From: Pyrodictiaceae archaeon | Lineage (GTDB): Archaea > Thermoproteota > Thermoprotei_A > Sulfolobales > Pyrodictiaceae | NCBI GenBank assembly: GCA_027036135.1 | Contig: JALVSY010000007.1 | Span: 388,880-452,879 of the forward strand | Length of the DNA: 64,000 nucleotides | Direction: 5' to 3' | In this document: piece by piece, positions 29,312 through 39,369 of the stretch | Numbering within the stretch: the stretch's first letter is position 1 | Layout: every line of letters starts with the position of its first letter | Notes under the pieces: generated by a model | Database searches by the model: none | What the model was told of the DNA's origin: nothing | What the model saw: the letters and a program-made list of their open reading frames with translations, nothing else | Program-made: the position numbers and the translations under genes

Positions 29312-29734
29312 GTGTCAGCTGTAATGGACTCTATAAATGTGTCAACACATGACGTTGGTATAAGTGCAGAAATTGAACTAGACATACCAGTTGATTTAGA
29401 GATAGTTGTGTATGGCGGCCTAGATCCAGCTACACAAGACCTCATAGATAATGTGCGTGAAGCTGTAGACAAGCTCTATAAGAACTATGGTGTAGAGGCT
29501 GTTTTTGTCCCAAGAATAGTGTATTGGGATGTCTTTGCTCTTGCCCCTATAGCTGATGCCGATATCCCGGTGCTAGTCATAAATGGTAAGGAAGTTATAC
29601 GTGGGCGTAGTGCATCTGTTGAAGAGATTATACGAATAGCTTTATCTATGCTTGGTATAAGGGAACAAGAGAAACCCCTCCCGCTCCTATCTAGGAGGGA
29701 TGGGGAGGTAGCCCAAGCAGCACTTATTGCATAA
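29312..29734 (+). CDS. Hypothetical thioredoxin-like-fold protein
   Basis: IPVLVINGKEVIRGR motif; similar layout to 1135..1437. Confidence 0.7.
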   Translation: MSAVMDSINVSTHDVGISAEIELDIPVDLEIVVYGGLDPATQDLIDNVREAVDKLYKNYGVEAVFVPRIVYWDVFALAPIADADIPVLVINGKEVIRGRSASVEEIIRIALSMLGIREQEKPLPLLSRRDGEVAQAALIA

Positions 29735-30673
29735 AAAGTGCTGTTTCTTGACCTTGCTATACCCTTCTGTGAAGGCTTCTTGGCATCTGCCGAACGAGAC
29801 TTTGTTCTTCTCTAGGCTAAGCAATATACATGCCGTTGCTGCTACGGCTCTAGCTACAGCTTCTCGTATTGTGAGTCCTTTACGGATTCCGTAGAGAATG
29901 AGTGTTGATAACATATCACCTGCTCCTATAGACTTGTTGGATACAGTTCGTGGGGCTATATGGGTGCACTCGTTACCTTTAATAATAATCGATCCATGTT
30001 TCCCCATAGTTAGTACTAGCGGTATTGAGTACTCATGTGCAATACTAATAATGATATCAATTATTAATGAGTTGTAGTCTATGTCCTCTATGCTTAGTTT
30101 GATAACAACATTATCGGTCGCGCGGAGAGTATTCATAATAACGGGGACAAATACAGCGTTGTTAATTATTTTCCCGTCGCTGAGCCTAATTCTTGTAAAC
30201 CCTTGCAGGTCTACAACGCTTAGTACATGCGACGTAATTATCTTTAGCAGGTCGTAGGAGCTTATTTCGAGCTGGAGAGGCGATATAAGCGCATATTCTC
30301 CTAACGTGGTTAGGGGGTATCTTTTAATAGTGTTGAGTAGTCTTAGCTCGCGTCCATCGTTTCTAGTGGTTATATTGAATAAAAAAGTATAGCCATCTAT
30401 GTGGATGGGATCCATACTTAAAGGATCGAGATATTTTGAAACTAATTCGGTATTAGCAGGAATGCTTAGGTATACCTTGTACTTGGCCCCGACCATGTAG
30501 AGTGCTAGAGAGGCGTAGTAAGCAGGTCCTCCCTTCACTCTTAAATAATCATCTATAATGTCTATCGTTGGCGCAGAGTACACATCTAGTAAGAAAAAAT
30601 CATTCCTCCCCATACTCCTCTTCGCCTTCCTCTTCAATGGGCTTTGTTGGTACAAAGACTTGGTGTCTCTCAA
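29687..30673 (-). CDS. PfkB-family carbohydrate kinase (divergent)
   Basis: GGPAYY, DLQGFTR, LTMGKHGS, IGAGDML. Confidence 0.8.
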   Translation of the reverse strand: MRDTKSLYQQSPLKRKAKRSMGRNDFFLLDVYSAPTIDIIDDYLRVKGGPAYYASLALYMVGAKYKVYLSIPANTELVSKYLDPLSMDPIHIDGYTFLFNITTRNDGRELRLLNTIKRYPLTTLGEYALISPLQLEISSYDLLKIITSHVLSVVDLQGFTRIRLSDGKIINNAVFVPVIMNTLRATDNVVIKLSIEDIDYNSLIIDIIISIAHEYSIPLVLTMGKHGSIIIKGNECTHIAPRTVSNKSIGAGDMLSTLILYGIRKGLTIREAVARAVAATACILLSLEKNKVSFGRCQEAFTEGYSKVKKQHFLCNKCCLGYLPIPPR

Positions 30674-30860
30674 TTCTCTTAGTGTGCGAGAGTATATGTC
30701 TTATCAGGTCCTCAACGCTGAAAAAGTATATTGCATTATCACCTTCGCCACAGATAGGGCATGCTAGCAACTTAGTTTCCTTGTCTCTTTTCACTCTTAG
30801 CCTTATACCATGGCTTTCAACTACCACTTCCTCCCATATAGGTGTCCATTGGAGCGCCAT
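30600..30860 (-). CDS. Small C2H2 zinc-finger protein
   Basis: ATG 30860 MALQWTPIWEE...ACPICG...DLIRHILSH. Confidence 0.8.
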   Translation of the reverse strand: MALQWTPIWEEVVVESHGIRLRVKRDKETKLLACPICGEGDNAIYFFSVEDLIRHILSHTKRIERHQVFVPTKPIEEEGEEEYGEE

Positions 30861-30864
30861 TGCG

Positions 30865-32229
30865 CTACCCTTTCTCTGCAAGTTTTGCCTCAAACTCTGA
30901 GAATATTCTCTCAATGCTGGTTATCCATTGCGGTAGCTTCTCCGGCTCTTCGGGATACTCTAGGTAGGCTTGCTTCGCCTTCTTCATATAATCAGCAACT
31001 ATTTTGAGCTTGGCCAAGAGACTTGGTCTCCTAAGACCTCGTAGAACTATCTTAGCCTTCTCCAATGTACTTATTTTTATCTCGCCGGCCGAGCTAGTGT
31101 ACAGTACATCCTGTTCGGGGATAAGTTTCTTCTCCATACCATATCTTATTTCATCGTTTGATAGTCTTTGAAGGAATCGGCGGAATATGTCAAGTGCTGC
31201 TTGCTTTGCACCGAGTCCTCTCATGTAGTTAGTGTTTAAGCTCCATAGTCCTTTCTCGCTAAAGTCTCCCCTATTATGAGCCTCCTCTATCGCCTTGGCA
31301 GCGTAGTAGGCCGCTCTGAAACCGTACCCCATGCCTCCACCATGTACAGGATTCACGGTATAGCCTGCGTCTCCTATGACTAGAACGCCGGGACCAACAA
31401 GGGTGTTTGAGGGTCTTCGTGTAGGTAATGGCGCGCCAGCAGCCGTTACTACTTTATAGTTCCTTGATAGAAGTGGGTGTTTGGTTAACTTCTCTCTATA
31501 TATTTGCATTGGGTTGGGGTATCCCATGCCGCCCTGTACGCCAAGGCCGACATTTACTCCATGCTTTGACTCAGGGAAGTACCACCAGTATCCCCCGGGA
31601 GCTATTTCTTGGTCAAGATATATTCTTATTACCTCCGGTTCCTCTATTTCGTAGTCTTCATACTCTATAATCTCTCTATAGGCTATGTTCGTGTCCTTCG
31701 GATCTATAGGCTCATATATAAGCCAGTTGTGAGGTAACTTATTTCGAATCGCTCTCGAGAACCCTGTGGCCTCTATGACAACATTCGCGTGGAACTCCTC
31801 TACGCGGTCGCCTATACGGACTCTTATCCCTTTAACACTGTTATTCTTTATTATGGGTTCTAGCACCTTGGCGCCTAAAAATACGTCAACATTGTCTTTA
31901 TCGATAACATCGCTTAGCAGCCATTTACCGAACTTATTCCTATCAATAATATAGCCGTCGCCATATACGCGGTACCTTACCTTTTCACCAGGAGCATATA
32001 TATCTATAGCTTTAACAGTATTCTTTATAGTTGAGCTGGGTGGATCAGGTAGCCCTGCTTCACGTGGATGGTGTGCACCAAGTGCATCACCGCAGGGTTT
32101 ACCCCAAAGCGTGTCGCTTGTTCTCCAATCAAATGCCGCTACGTAGAACCCCATGCGTGCGAGATGCCAGAGCGCTACTGTTCCTGCAGGGCCTAGTCCA
32201 GCGATAATGACATCATACCTTTTGTTCAC
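30865..32229 (-). CDS. Digeranylgeranylglycerophospholipid reductase (GGR)
   Basis: GLGPAG, KPCGDA, PGGYWWYFP, IGDAG..VNPVHGGGM. Confidence 0.93.
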   Translation of the reverse strand: MNKRYDVIIAGLGPAGTVALWHLARMGFYVAAFDWRTSDTLWGKPCGDALGAHHPREAGLPDPPSSTIKNTVKAIDIYAPGEKVRYRVYGDGYIIDRNKFGKWLLSDVIDKDNVDVFLGAKVLEPIIKNNSVKGIRVRIGDRVEEFHANVVIEATGFSRAIRNKLPHNWLIYEPIDPKDTNIAYREIIEYEDYEIEEPEVIRIYLDQEIAPGGYWWYFPESKHGVNVGLGVQGGMGYPNPMQIYREKLTKHPLLSRNYKVVTAAGAPLPTRRPSNTLVGPGVLVIGDAGYTVNPVHGGGMGYGFRAAYYAAKAIEEAHNRGDFSEKGLWSLNTNYMRGLGAKQAALDIFRRFLQRLSNDEIRYGMEKKLIPEQDVLYTSSAGEIKISTLEKAKIVLRGLRRPSLLAKLKIVADYMKKAKQAYLEYPEEPEKLPQWITSIERIFSEFEAKLAEKG

Positions 32230-32427
32230 GAAACCACCTCGTTGCCTCTAAGGGTAGAGTTCCGGGCATTCTCCCTAAAGGTACTAAGCCCTAATTAGTG
32301 CTAGTACACTTGAAAACATAACACATTACCATATCTACGCCTCGCATAGACTATGTGTTCTCTAAAACACTCGCCGTGATAATATTAGGGGGCATACACG
32401 AAATTATAGAATGGAGGGGACAAGACA

Positions 32428-32982
32428 ATGGGGTATCCCTGGAGACGTAGATTTAGTCTAGGAGACATTTTTGATGAAATTGAGGAAACAATACGCGAAA
32501 TGGAGCGATTCGTATCAAGAATGATGGAGGAGTTCGAGGCCAGAGCCCTAAGACCAGCTATCGAGACCAAGGGAGAAGTTAGAGGCCCCATAGTCTATGG
32601 AGTAAGAATAACCATAGGGCCCGATGGACAACCAATAATAGAAGAGTTTGGAAACGTAAAGAGAATTGGTAGAAAGGCAATAGTAGAGGAAACAGTTGAG
32701 CCGCTCGTTGATGTTATTGAGGAAAAGGACAAGGTTACAGTAATAGCTGAGGTACCCGGCGTTGACAAAGATAAGATAAAGATACGTGTAAAGGACAACA
32801 AGCTGATAATAAAGGCTGAGGACAAAGATAGGAAATACTACAAGGAGATAGAATTACCTACAGAGGTTAAGCCGGAGACGGCGAAGGCAAGGTACAGGAA
32901 CGGGATACTTGAGGTTACTTTTGAGAAGAAAACTAAGGAGAAAGAAGAAGAAGAGGAAGGCATAGAAGTAAAAGTTGAGTAA
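32428..32982 (+). CDS. hsp20: Archaeal small heat-shock protein Hsp20
   Basis: YGVRITIGPDG.P.IEEFGNV, EPLVDV, ARYRNGILEV. Confidence 0.95.
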   Translation: MGYPWRRRFSLGDIFDEIEETIREMERFVSRMMEEFEARALRPAIETKGEVRGPIVYGVRITIGPDGQPIIEEFGNVKRIGRKAIVEETVEPLVDVIEEKDKVTVIAEVPGVDKDKIKIRVKDNKLIIKAEDKDRKYYKEIELPTEVKPETAKARYRNGILEVTFEKKTKEKEEEEEGIEVKVE

Positions 32983-32993
32983 GCATAAACAAG

Positions 32994-33563
32994 TCATTCC
33001 TTTTCACCGCTTCGTCTATTAAGGGGCTCGGTCCTTGCCTTATCGCTAATTATTGTGCTAACGCCTTCGGGATCATCAATAATTACAGTGAATTCTTTTT
33101 TCCCGTTTTTTGCATCTTGGATCCAACTTAGTAGCTCGTTACATTTCTGTTTATTGGCTCCGGGGTCTCGGCAAGCAAGCTCTATGGCTTCTTTAAAGCG
33201 TTCAAGAAGTCCCTCAACAGTTGTTATAAAGCCCTGAGACGCAGGTCCTGGGTGCATTTCAAGCCCCGTCTCAGGTATTATAATTGATGCGGTAGATGCT
33301 CTAACAACCAATGCGTTTAGGTCGCGTTGGTTAGTGACTCTAAGTATTATTCTCCTTGGAGGATTGGTTTCCGCTAATCGTACGTCATTGTACTTATATC
33401 CACACTTTGTACACTTGCCAGTTGTAAGAATAACTCTACCTACAAGTGGTACATCATATAAGTAATCTGTTATTCTGAGGGATTTTGTTCCGCATACGGG
33501 GCAAGTAATTGTTGCTTCACCTATTTTTACTAGTTTCTCGTTTTGCAGTATCTTGTCCACCAT
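32994..33563 (-). CDS. ZPR1 zinc-finger protein
   Basis: CPVCG...CTKCGYK, PGPASQGFITTVEGLL, DDPEGVS. Confidence 0.92.
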   Translation of the reverse strand: MVDKILQNEKLVKIGEATITCPVCGTKSLRITDYLYDVPLVGRVILTTGKCTKCGYKYNDVRLAETNPPRRIILRVTNQRDLNALVVRASTASIIIPETGLEMHPGPASQGFITTVEGLLERFKEAIELACRDPGANKQKCNELLSWIQDAKNGKKEFTVIIDDPEGVSTIISDKARTEPLNRRSGEKE

Positions 33564-33745
33564 TTAGGTGCACCAAGTATTTGACGGGTTGTAGAGGGTC
33601 CTAATGTATCATGTTGCCCTCAGAGGGTATTACCCTTGACAATGTTTCACGGATTCAGTAAAGTATTTCAAGAATATGCCTCAAGGAAGTTAACTGAGTT
33701 TATGAAAAGCTTTCTATATTATGGTTTAACACTAGACTATGAAGT

Positions 33746-34090
33746 GTGCGGGACATGTGTGCGGTGAAGCTTATGGCTAGGACTGTGCATGGTGAGGATT
33801 TTGACCTAGTAATACCGTCGCCTAAGAGAGTGGTTAGTATAAAACTTGAGGTAGATCTAATAGAGGAAATTGATAGATTATGGCGAAGCCTTGGCTATAC
33901 CTCGCGCAGCGAGTTTATACGCGAGGCAATAATATATTATATGCAAATAGTTTCTTTAAGAAGTGGGGAAAAACAATCAATGGTAAAGGCTACTAGTAAT
34001 GATCTAGAAGAGCCCAAATCCCGCAGTGAAGGGTCATTGAGAAAGGATGAGCCTTATTTAGTCATTGATACCACGACTGATATTGCCTAG
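33746..34090 (+). CDS. Ribbon-helix-helix (CopG family) regulator
   Basis: VSIKLE...IDRL....GYTSRSEFIREAI. Confidence 0.85.
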   Translation: MRDMCAVKLMARTVHGEDFDLVIPSPKRVVSIKLEVDLIEEIDRLWRSLGYTSRSEFIREAIIYYMQIVSLRSGEKQSMVKATSNDLEEPKSRSEGSLRKDEPYLVIDTTTDIA

Positions 34091-34109
34091 TTTTCCTTGG
34101 TTCCTATTT

Positions 34110-34508
34110 TTACTTCTTTAGTTGCTTAAGTAGGTTTTGTAATACTTCTCTATATATTTTAGCACAATGTTCGAAATCTTCTATAATCTTATTTATAACT
34201 TTTTCTGGGTCAGATATATAGTATTTATATTTAGGTCTTCCGGCTCCTCCCTTCTTTTCACGTGTCCTCGTTACAAACCCTATTTCTACAAGCTTTGTAA
34301 GGCCTCTATTGACGGTGGCTTTGCTTAGTTTAAGTTTTTCGGCTAATTCATCCACAGTATACTCTTTTCCTTTAAGTAGCTCGAAGAGTATAGCTGTATC
34401 TGTTTCGCTAAGGTCGTAGCAGAAGCGGAGGCCCTCAACTATATTGGCTTCCCTCCCTGTTGGTAACCTTAATCTTAGCTCCTCTATTTCAGTAGCCATG
34501 TGCATCAC
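34110..34508 (-). CDS. HTH transcriptional regulator (TrmB-like)
   Basis: FCYDLSETD, TVDELAEKLKLSKATVNRGL, GRPKYKY. Confidence 0.85.
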   Translation of the reverse strand: MMHMATEIEELRLRLPTGREANIVEGLRFCYDLSETDTAILFELLKGKEYTVDELAEKLKLSKATVNRGLTKLVEIGFVTRTREKKGGAGRPKYKYYISDPEKVINKIIEDFEHCAKIYREVLQNLLKQLKK

Positions 34509-34569
34509 CTATTAGGCTAGTTTCTTCACCATTTTTGATAATATAGTTAGACTATTTATTATCTTTTTC

Positions 34570-35118
34570 TCAGTCAGTTACCAGTGAAGCGATTCTTGCT
34601 GTGATAAATGCCTCGATAAATGCGGCTATGAATAAAATTATGGCTGCGTATAGTAATCCATATAACTGGCTAGTTAATATTTCTTTCACATTGTTTCTTT
34701 TTCTTAGGACATTAAATGGTAGCGATATGGCTGCTGCAGATGCGTATATAAAGGCATAGAGCTCGAAGATGCCGTGAGGCGCTAATAATAGGAATACAGT
34801 AAGTCCTCCTACATTCTTTGAGCCAATAGCAGCAACGCTACCTATAATGTAGCCATTATTGAACAGGATTATGAGTCCAGGGATTATGACCACAGATAGA
34901 GCATACAATAATATCATTACAGACGTATTATTCATATATATCGCTATCATTTGCCATGCATTACTAAGTCTAGTTACCTTTTCCAAATCCTTGTTTTGCT
35001 CTAGAGCCTTAAGGGAGGGATTACTAATACCGTAAAGTATTCCGGCAATAAGCACTACTAGCGAGATAATAGCAGCCCATTTACCAATATTACCTCCTAT
35101 TCTCGTTATATAAGGCAC
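34570..35118 (-). CDS. SpoIIM-family membrane protein
   Basis: IYMNN, NGYIIG, PHGIFEL, AAFIEAFIT. Confidence 0.85.
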   Translation of the reverse strand: MPYITRIGGNIGKWAAIISLVVLIAGILYGISNPSLKALEQNKDLEKVTRLSNAWQMIAIYMNNTSVMILLYALSVVIIPGLIILFNNGYIIGSVAAIGSKNVGGLTVFLLLAPHGIFELYAFIYASAAAISLPFNVLRKRNNVKEILTSQLYGLLYAAIILFIAAFIEAFITARIASLVTD

Positions 35119-35202
35119 CGCTATTCCCTTCTCCTACCCTAGTGCAGTGATACACGTATAGCTGGGGAAAATTACTTTCATCCCTCCACGCTCTATCAGT
35201 AA

Positions 35203-35262
35203 ATGGATGATGAGCGATTCCGGGCGGAACCACAATGAAGAGCCGTGTGAGGACTGAAACAT
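35203..35262 (+). ncRNA. Box C/D sRNA
   Basis: C ATGATGA, D' CGGA, C' ATGAAGA, 12-nt guide, D CTGA. Confidence 0.85.
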
Positions 35263-35293
35263 ATCGTTCTAGATAAAACATTACGAGCAGCAA

Positions 35294-35368
35294 GCTATGA
35301 AGAAGCCCCTACACAGTATTGATACCGAGCGGAACACCGGTAGATGAAGAAGTGGTCCTTCGCTGAGC
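35294..35368 (+). ncRNA. Box C/D sRNA, in tandem with the previous one
   Basis: C ATGAAGA, D' TTGA, TACCG/CGGTA hairpin, C' ATGAAGA, 12-nt guide, D CTGA. Confidence 0.8.
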
Positions 35369-35456
35369 CTAGCACTTATTTATTTGTTAGCCTTTAATGG
35401 CGTATATGAAACTACTTTAGCGCATAACTAGTCTAAGTGCATGGGGGCTGCTCGGT

Positions 35457-36329
35457 ATGAGAAAGCTAGTTTTCGCTGATGCGCATGCTCATACATCTCC
35501 CGAAGGCCTAGGGGCGTATAAGGTTGCATCCAGGTTCCGTGAGCACGATGGCTGGTTCATGGCTCTGGTTATGCTTCCTCCCTGGCACTATGGTGTTTCG
35601 CTGTCTCCTAAGAGCCTCGTAGAGGGCTATAGTAAAGCCATTGAGATCTTCCTAGGTGAGTGCAGTGCTGCCAGGGAGGCTGGGATAAAGGTATCGTGTC
35701 TCGCTGGATTTCATCCAGCCGAGGTGGATAAACTAATAGGTATTGGAGTAAAGCCCGAAGATGTATTAGCACTTGCTGAGCAGGTATTAGAAATGGAAGC
35801 CTCGTTGTGTAGGAAGGGCATAATTCAAGGTATAGGTGAGGTTGGTAGACAGCATTATAAAACCATGCCGGAGCGGGTAGCTATAGTAACAAGTATCATG
35901 ATTAAGGCCTTTGAGTATGCTAGGGATTATGATTGTCTTGTCCATCTTCACTTAGAGAATGCAGGGTATGTGACTGTTCGCACAGTTAATGATCTTGCTC
36001 GCCTTGTAGGTGTGCCACCTCATCTCGTAGTGTTTCACCATGCTTCGCTAAGGGTTGCTGAGGCGGCGGAAAATAATGGTTACTATACAACTCTGCCGGG
36101 AAAGAAAGAGCTACTAAGCCGTGCATTTAGTAAGAATATACCTATAGAGACACTGCTCATAGAGTCCGATTACATAGATGACCCTAAAAGACCGTGTGTA
36201 TCTTCTTGCCCCTGGGAGATTATTGAGAACGAGCTAGCACTTATGAGAGAAGGCATTGTTGATGAAGAAACTCTGTTTAGAATAAACGTTGATAATGTTG
36301 TAAAATACTATGGTGTCGAGCCTCCCTGA
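35457..36329 (+). CDS. TatD-related metallohydrolase (COG1831-like)
   Basis: DAHAH, GFHPAE, GEVGRQHY, HLHLE, ESDYIDDPKRP. Confidence 0.88.
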   Translation: MRKLVFADAHAHTSPEGLGAYKVASRFREHDGWFMALVMLPPWHYGVSLSPKSLVEGYSKAIEIFLGECSAAREAGIKVSCLAGFHPAEVDKLIGIGVKPEDVLALAEQVLEMEASLCRKGIIQGIGEVGRQHYKTMPERVAIVTSIMIKAFEYARDYDCLVHLHLENAGYVTVRTVNDLARLVGVPPHLVVFHHASLRVAEAAENNGYYTTLPGKKELLSRAFSKNIPIETLLIESDYIDDPKRPCVSSCPWEIIENELALMREGIVDEETLFRINVDNVVKYYGVEPP

Positions 36330-37636
36330 CCTAGCATAACTACTTTTAGTGCTTCCTGTCTATCTAGCTTTGTTGCGACCATGTAGCTCTCTGATATTGC
36401 TCGAAGATCCGGGTTATTGCCGTGTATCATGACTGTGTGTAGCCTGGCATTGGCGCGGGCTAGGCCCTTCCTAACCATGTCTATAGCTACTCGATCCTCG
36501 CCATCTGTTATCAAGATTATATCTGATACCCTAGACCGAGGCGTCGTCGATACTATGTCGTCTACAGCTGTTAGTATCGCTCTTGTTATATCGGTTCCGC
36601 CGTTTGCCCTTATTCGCGCAAGATATTCGAGAAGCTTAATTACGTCTCTTCCGTGGATTCGTCTAGAAATATGAATGGGCGGGTAGGGAATGCTATCAAA
36701 GAATCTAACATAGAACTCTCTGCGCTCCCTTACAGCTCGCTGAGCTAGAGCCAGGGCTACTGCTTTTGCCCAGATTATCTTTAACCCCATCATGCTCCCG
36801 CTCTTGTCAAGTAGTATGTAGAACTTTCCATAGTCTCGGGAGACTACTTTGCGGTAGAGAAGAAGGTCTCTTTCAGCATACTTTACTAGGAAAAGTTCCT
36901 TGGGTAGCGCTAGTTCACTAGGAACTATCTTTTCGACATCGTTCCCTAGTTCGTATCCTTCTAATTCTCCTCGCGGACTTGGGATCTTTTTTACCCTTAT
37001 ATAGGTATCAGTCTCCTCTATCAGTTTCAAGACCTCGAGGATTGCTTTCACATTGGTATTTTTGGCTAGGTTTATTACGTCCTGGATTACGTCATCGAGT
37101 GAAAGCATTGAGGCATTCCCAGCAGCGAACTTCATGGCAAGATTCGTTATTTCCTTGGCTTGTTTGGCTATGTCCTTTACTGATTCCAGGGCCTTATCCA
37201 CAGCATTAGAGAGATCGGTGCTCCTAGATTCTCCAAAAGGCGTGTTTTGATTTTGCTTTGCGTTCATGTCGCCGCCGTGTGGCTGCCCCATTCTCTGTAG
37301 CTCTTCTACAATTGTTTCAAGGAATACTGCGGATACGACAGTACTTGTTGTTGAATCTGCTACTGTGTGCTGCTTAACTGCTCGGAGATTATTCGACGAA
37401 AGAAGAGCAGATATGAGCGCGTATTTTGTTAGCTCCTTTGGATCCCTCTTCTCAGGCTCCTTGAGTATCGGGTATGGGAGGAAGAGTGCATAATATATGG
37501 ATATAGCTAGTTTTTCGTCCAGAAAATCCGGCTCATTTGGGGAGTCTGGCATTAGTTTTCTTAGAAGCGAGATTATACGCTCGGCCCTATACTTAGTCGG
37601 TGGATCATCGAGTCTTACTCCTCGGATATATGGCAT
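36308..37636 (-). CDS. VWA-domain protein (ViaA-like)
   Basis: PSELAL, LDKSGSM MIDAS, GGTD, LITDGED. Confidence 0.9.
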   Translation of the reverse strand: MPYIRGVRLDDPPTKYRAERIISLLRKLMPDSPNEPDFLDEKLAISIYYALFLPYPILKEPEKRDPKELTKYALISALLSSNNLRAVKQHTVADSTTSTVVSAVFLETIVEELQRMGQPHGGDMNAKQNQNTPFGESRSTDLSNAVDKALESVKDIAKQAKEITNLAMKFAAGNASMLSLDDVIQDVINLAKNTNVKAILEVLKLIEETDTYIRVKKIPSPRGELEGYELGNDVEKIVPSELALPKELFLVKYAERDLLLYRKVVSRDYGKFYILLDKSGSMMGLKIIWAKAVALALAQRAVRERREFYVRFFDSIPYPPIHISRRIHGRDVIKLLEYLARIRANGGTDITRAILTAVDDIVSTTPRSRVSDIILITDGEDRVAIDMVRKGLARANARLHTVMIHGNNPDLRAISESYMVATKLDRQEALKVVMLGQGGSTP

Positions 37637-37641
37637 AGTGG

Positions 37642-38796
37642 TTACATCCCCAGTTTATAGGATATTTTCTCTAGTAGCTTGTCTATTTCCTCTAATGTCT
37701 TCTCAGCAAGGGCCTTTACGCTTTGGTTATCAGTTTCTTTAAGTATATTAACTATTCTACTTTTAGCTATCTTTAGGCTTCGGAACAGATCTACAAGCCT
37801 GGGATCATAACTTCGCATTGTGTCAACTAAGTGGTAGGTCTCTCTAACATTAGCTCGTATATCATTTAGTTCCTTAATAAATCGTTCTGGCATTTTCAAC
37901 TCTTCCGACAATATTATATTGACTTTCTCGAAGTCCTCTATATCCCTAGGCGCTACATACTTTAGCGCAACTAGGTCTTTTTCCTGAGTAATGATTCTTC
38001 CCTCCAGGAGGGCATGGGCAGCAATAACTTTTAGCGCCTTAGCCTTTCTCCTATCTGTTAAATGTATTCCCCTCTCCTCAAAGATAGCGTAGAGTCTTAA
38101 CAACTTGGACTTAATAGGTGACAAGTCAACTCTGAAAATCAATTTATGTATCTGGGCAAGTGTATCCATATCTAGTACAGGCTCTGCTGGCGGTATTTGT
38201 CCCGACTCAATTCTCCATCCAGCATCTAGTAGCTCGTTCCACTTATTCTCAGGCACGGGTTTAGCGTACTGACGAACAAGGAACCTATCATATACTGCTT
38301 CAAGCTCTGGCTCCTCAGGAACCCGGTTCGTAGCGCCAATAAGGGTCCATAAAGGAACTCTTATCTCTGTGTATCCATCGTACCATACTCTCTCCTGCAT
38401 TATACTGAGAAGCGCGTTAAGTATAGCTGAATTTGCGTTGAAGACCTCATCTAGAAACACTATCTCGGCTTCCGGCATCTTTCCCTTTGTTATTCGGACA
38501 TACTTGCCCTCCTTCAACGCATTTAGGTCTAGAGGGCCGAAGAGCTCGCTTGGCTCAGTGTACTTCGTCAAAAGATACTTGAAGAAATTCGCGTTAATGA
38601 GCTCAGCAGTTCTTCGAGCAATTGCCGACTTAGCTGTACCTGGCTCTCCTATTAGTATCACGTGCTCGCGCGCCACAAGCGCTAGTGTTAGTGCCTTGAT
38701 CTCGTCCTCTCTAGCGACGAAGGGCTCTTGTAGAACCTTGTAGAAAGTTTGTATCTTTTCTATTAGCCCTGAAGCACCCCGTTCTGGCGTTATCAA
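37642..38796 (-). CDS. MoxR-family AAA+ ATPase (RavA-like)
   Basis: GEPGTAKS, TEPSELFGP, FLDEVFNANSAILNALL, AVYDRF. Confidence 0.92.
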   Translation of the reverse strand: MITPERGASGLIEKIQTFYKVLQEPFVAREDEIKALTLALVAREHVILIGEPGTAKSAIARRTAELINANFFKYLLTKYTEPSELFGPLDLNALKEGKYVRITKGKMPEAEIVFLDEVFNANSAILNALLSIMQERVWYDGYTEIRVPLWTLIGATNRVPEEPELEAVYDRFLVRQYAKPVPENKWNELLDAGWRIESGQIPPAEPVLDMDTLAQIHKLIFRVDLSPIKSKLLRLYAIFEERGIHLTDRRKAKALKVIAAHALLEGRIITQEKDLVALKYVAPRDIEDFEKVNIILSEELKMPERFIKELNDIRANVRETYHLVDTMRSYDPRLVDLFRSLKIAKSRIVNILKETDNQSVKALAEKTLEEIDKLLEKISYKLGM

Positions 38797-38911
38797 TTAC
38801 TTTCTCCCCTTTGTCCAATAATACCCTTATTCTTAGCAGGGAATATATTTACTGCCTAGCCCTCTTATTAGCCATTATGGTAATAGTGTGGACTGCATAC
38901 TTTTTCGCGGG

Positions 38912-38980
38912 CGGGGATGAGCCCGGTTTTCAGCTGACCGCTGGCTACCGGGGATGACGAGGAGTTGCTCAGCTGAGTAC
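38912..38980 (+). ncRNA. Box C/D sRNA
   Basis: C GGGATGA, D' CTGA, C' ATGACGA, 12-nt guide, D CTGA. Confidence 0.82.
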
Positions 38981-39083
38981 TAAGAGGCATCAATATCGCT
39001 TCGTTCTTGTAATGAAGGCTTCTACTGCAAAAATGTTAGAGTATGGTTACAAAGCAGAACCTCTCTTCACCTTGGCGTAGAAG

Positions 39084-39152
39084 CCGGGGGATCGGTAACC
39101 GGTGCATTCTTCATCTATTGGTCAAGAGACGGGGTTTATCCTCATTCCCCGG
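39084..39152 (-). ncRNA. Box C/D sRNA
   Basis: C ATGAGGA, D' TTGA, C' ATGAAGA, D CCGA, CCGGGG/CCCCGG terminal stem. Confidence 0.78.
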
Positions 39153-39238
39153 ATCATTTATTACCAGATTGCTCTATCTCATAAAAATAGCTCGCTTCAC
39201 CATTGTTACTAGGAGGAGTGCTTATTCTTAGTCATAGG

Positions 39239-39298
39239 GCAATGATGAAGATTGCACGTCAGTGATAAAAATATGAGCGGCCTCCACCGGTACTGAGC
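39239..39298 (+). ncRNA. Box C/D sRNA (23S dual guide)
   Basis: C ATGATGA, D' GTGA, C'-like ATGAGCG, D CTGA; guides TTGCACGTCA and GCCTCCACCGG are antisense to neighbouring LSU segments TGACGTGCAA and GGTGGAGGC. Confidence 0.85.
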
Positions 39299-39369
39299 AA
39301 TAGCTCTTCTCACCTAGCCTTTTAAATGCCACTTAAACACTACTAAATAGCATTGGAGGGCGTATCATA

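Noticed and set aside
34025-34085. GTGAAGG...ATGA...CTGA inside the 3' end of the RHH gene
   Set aside because: Weak boxes within a coding region
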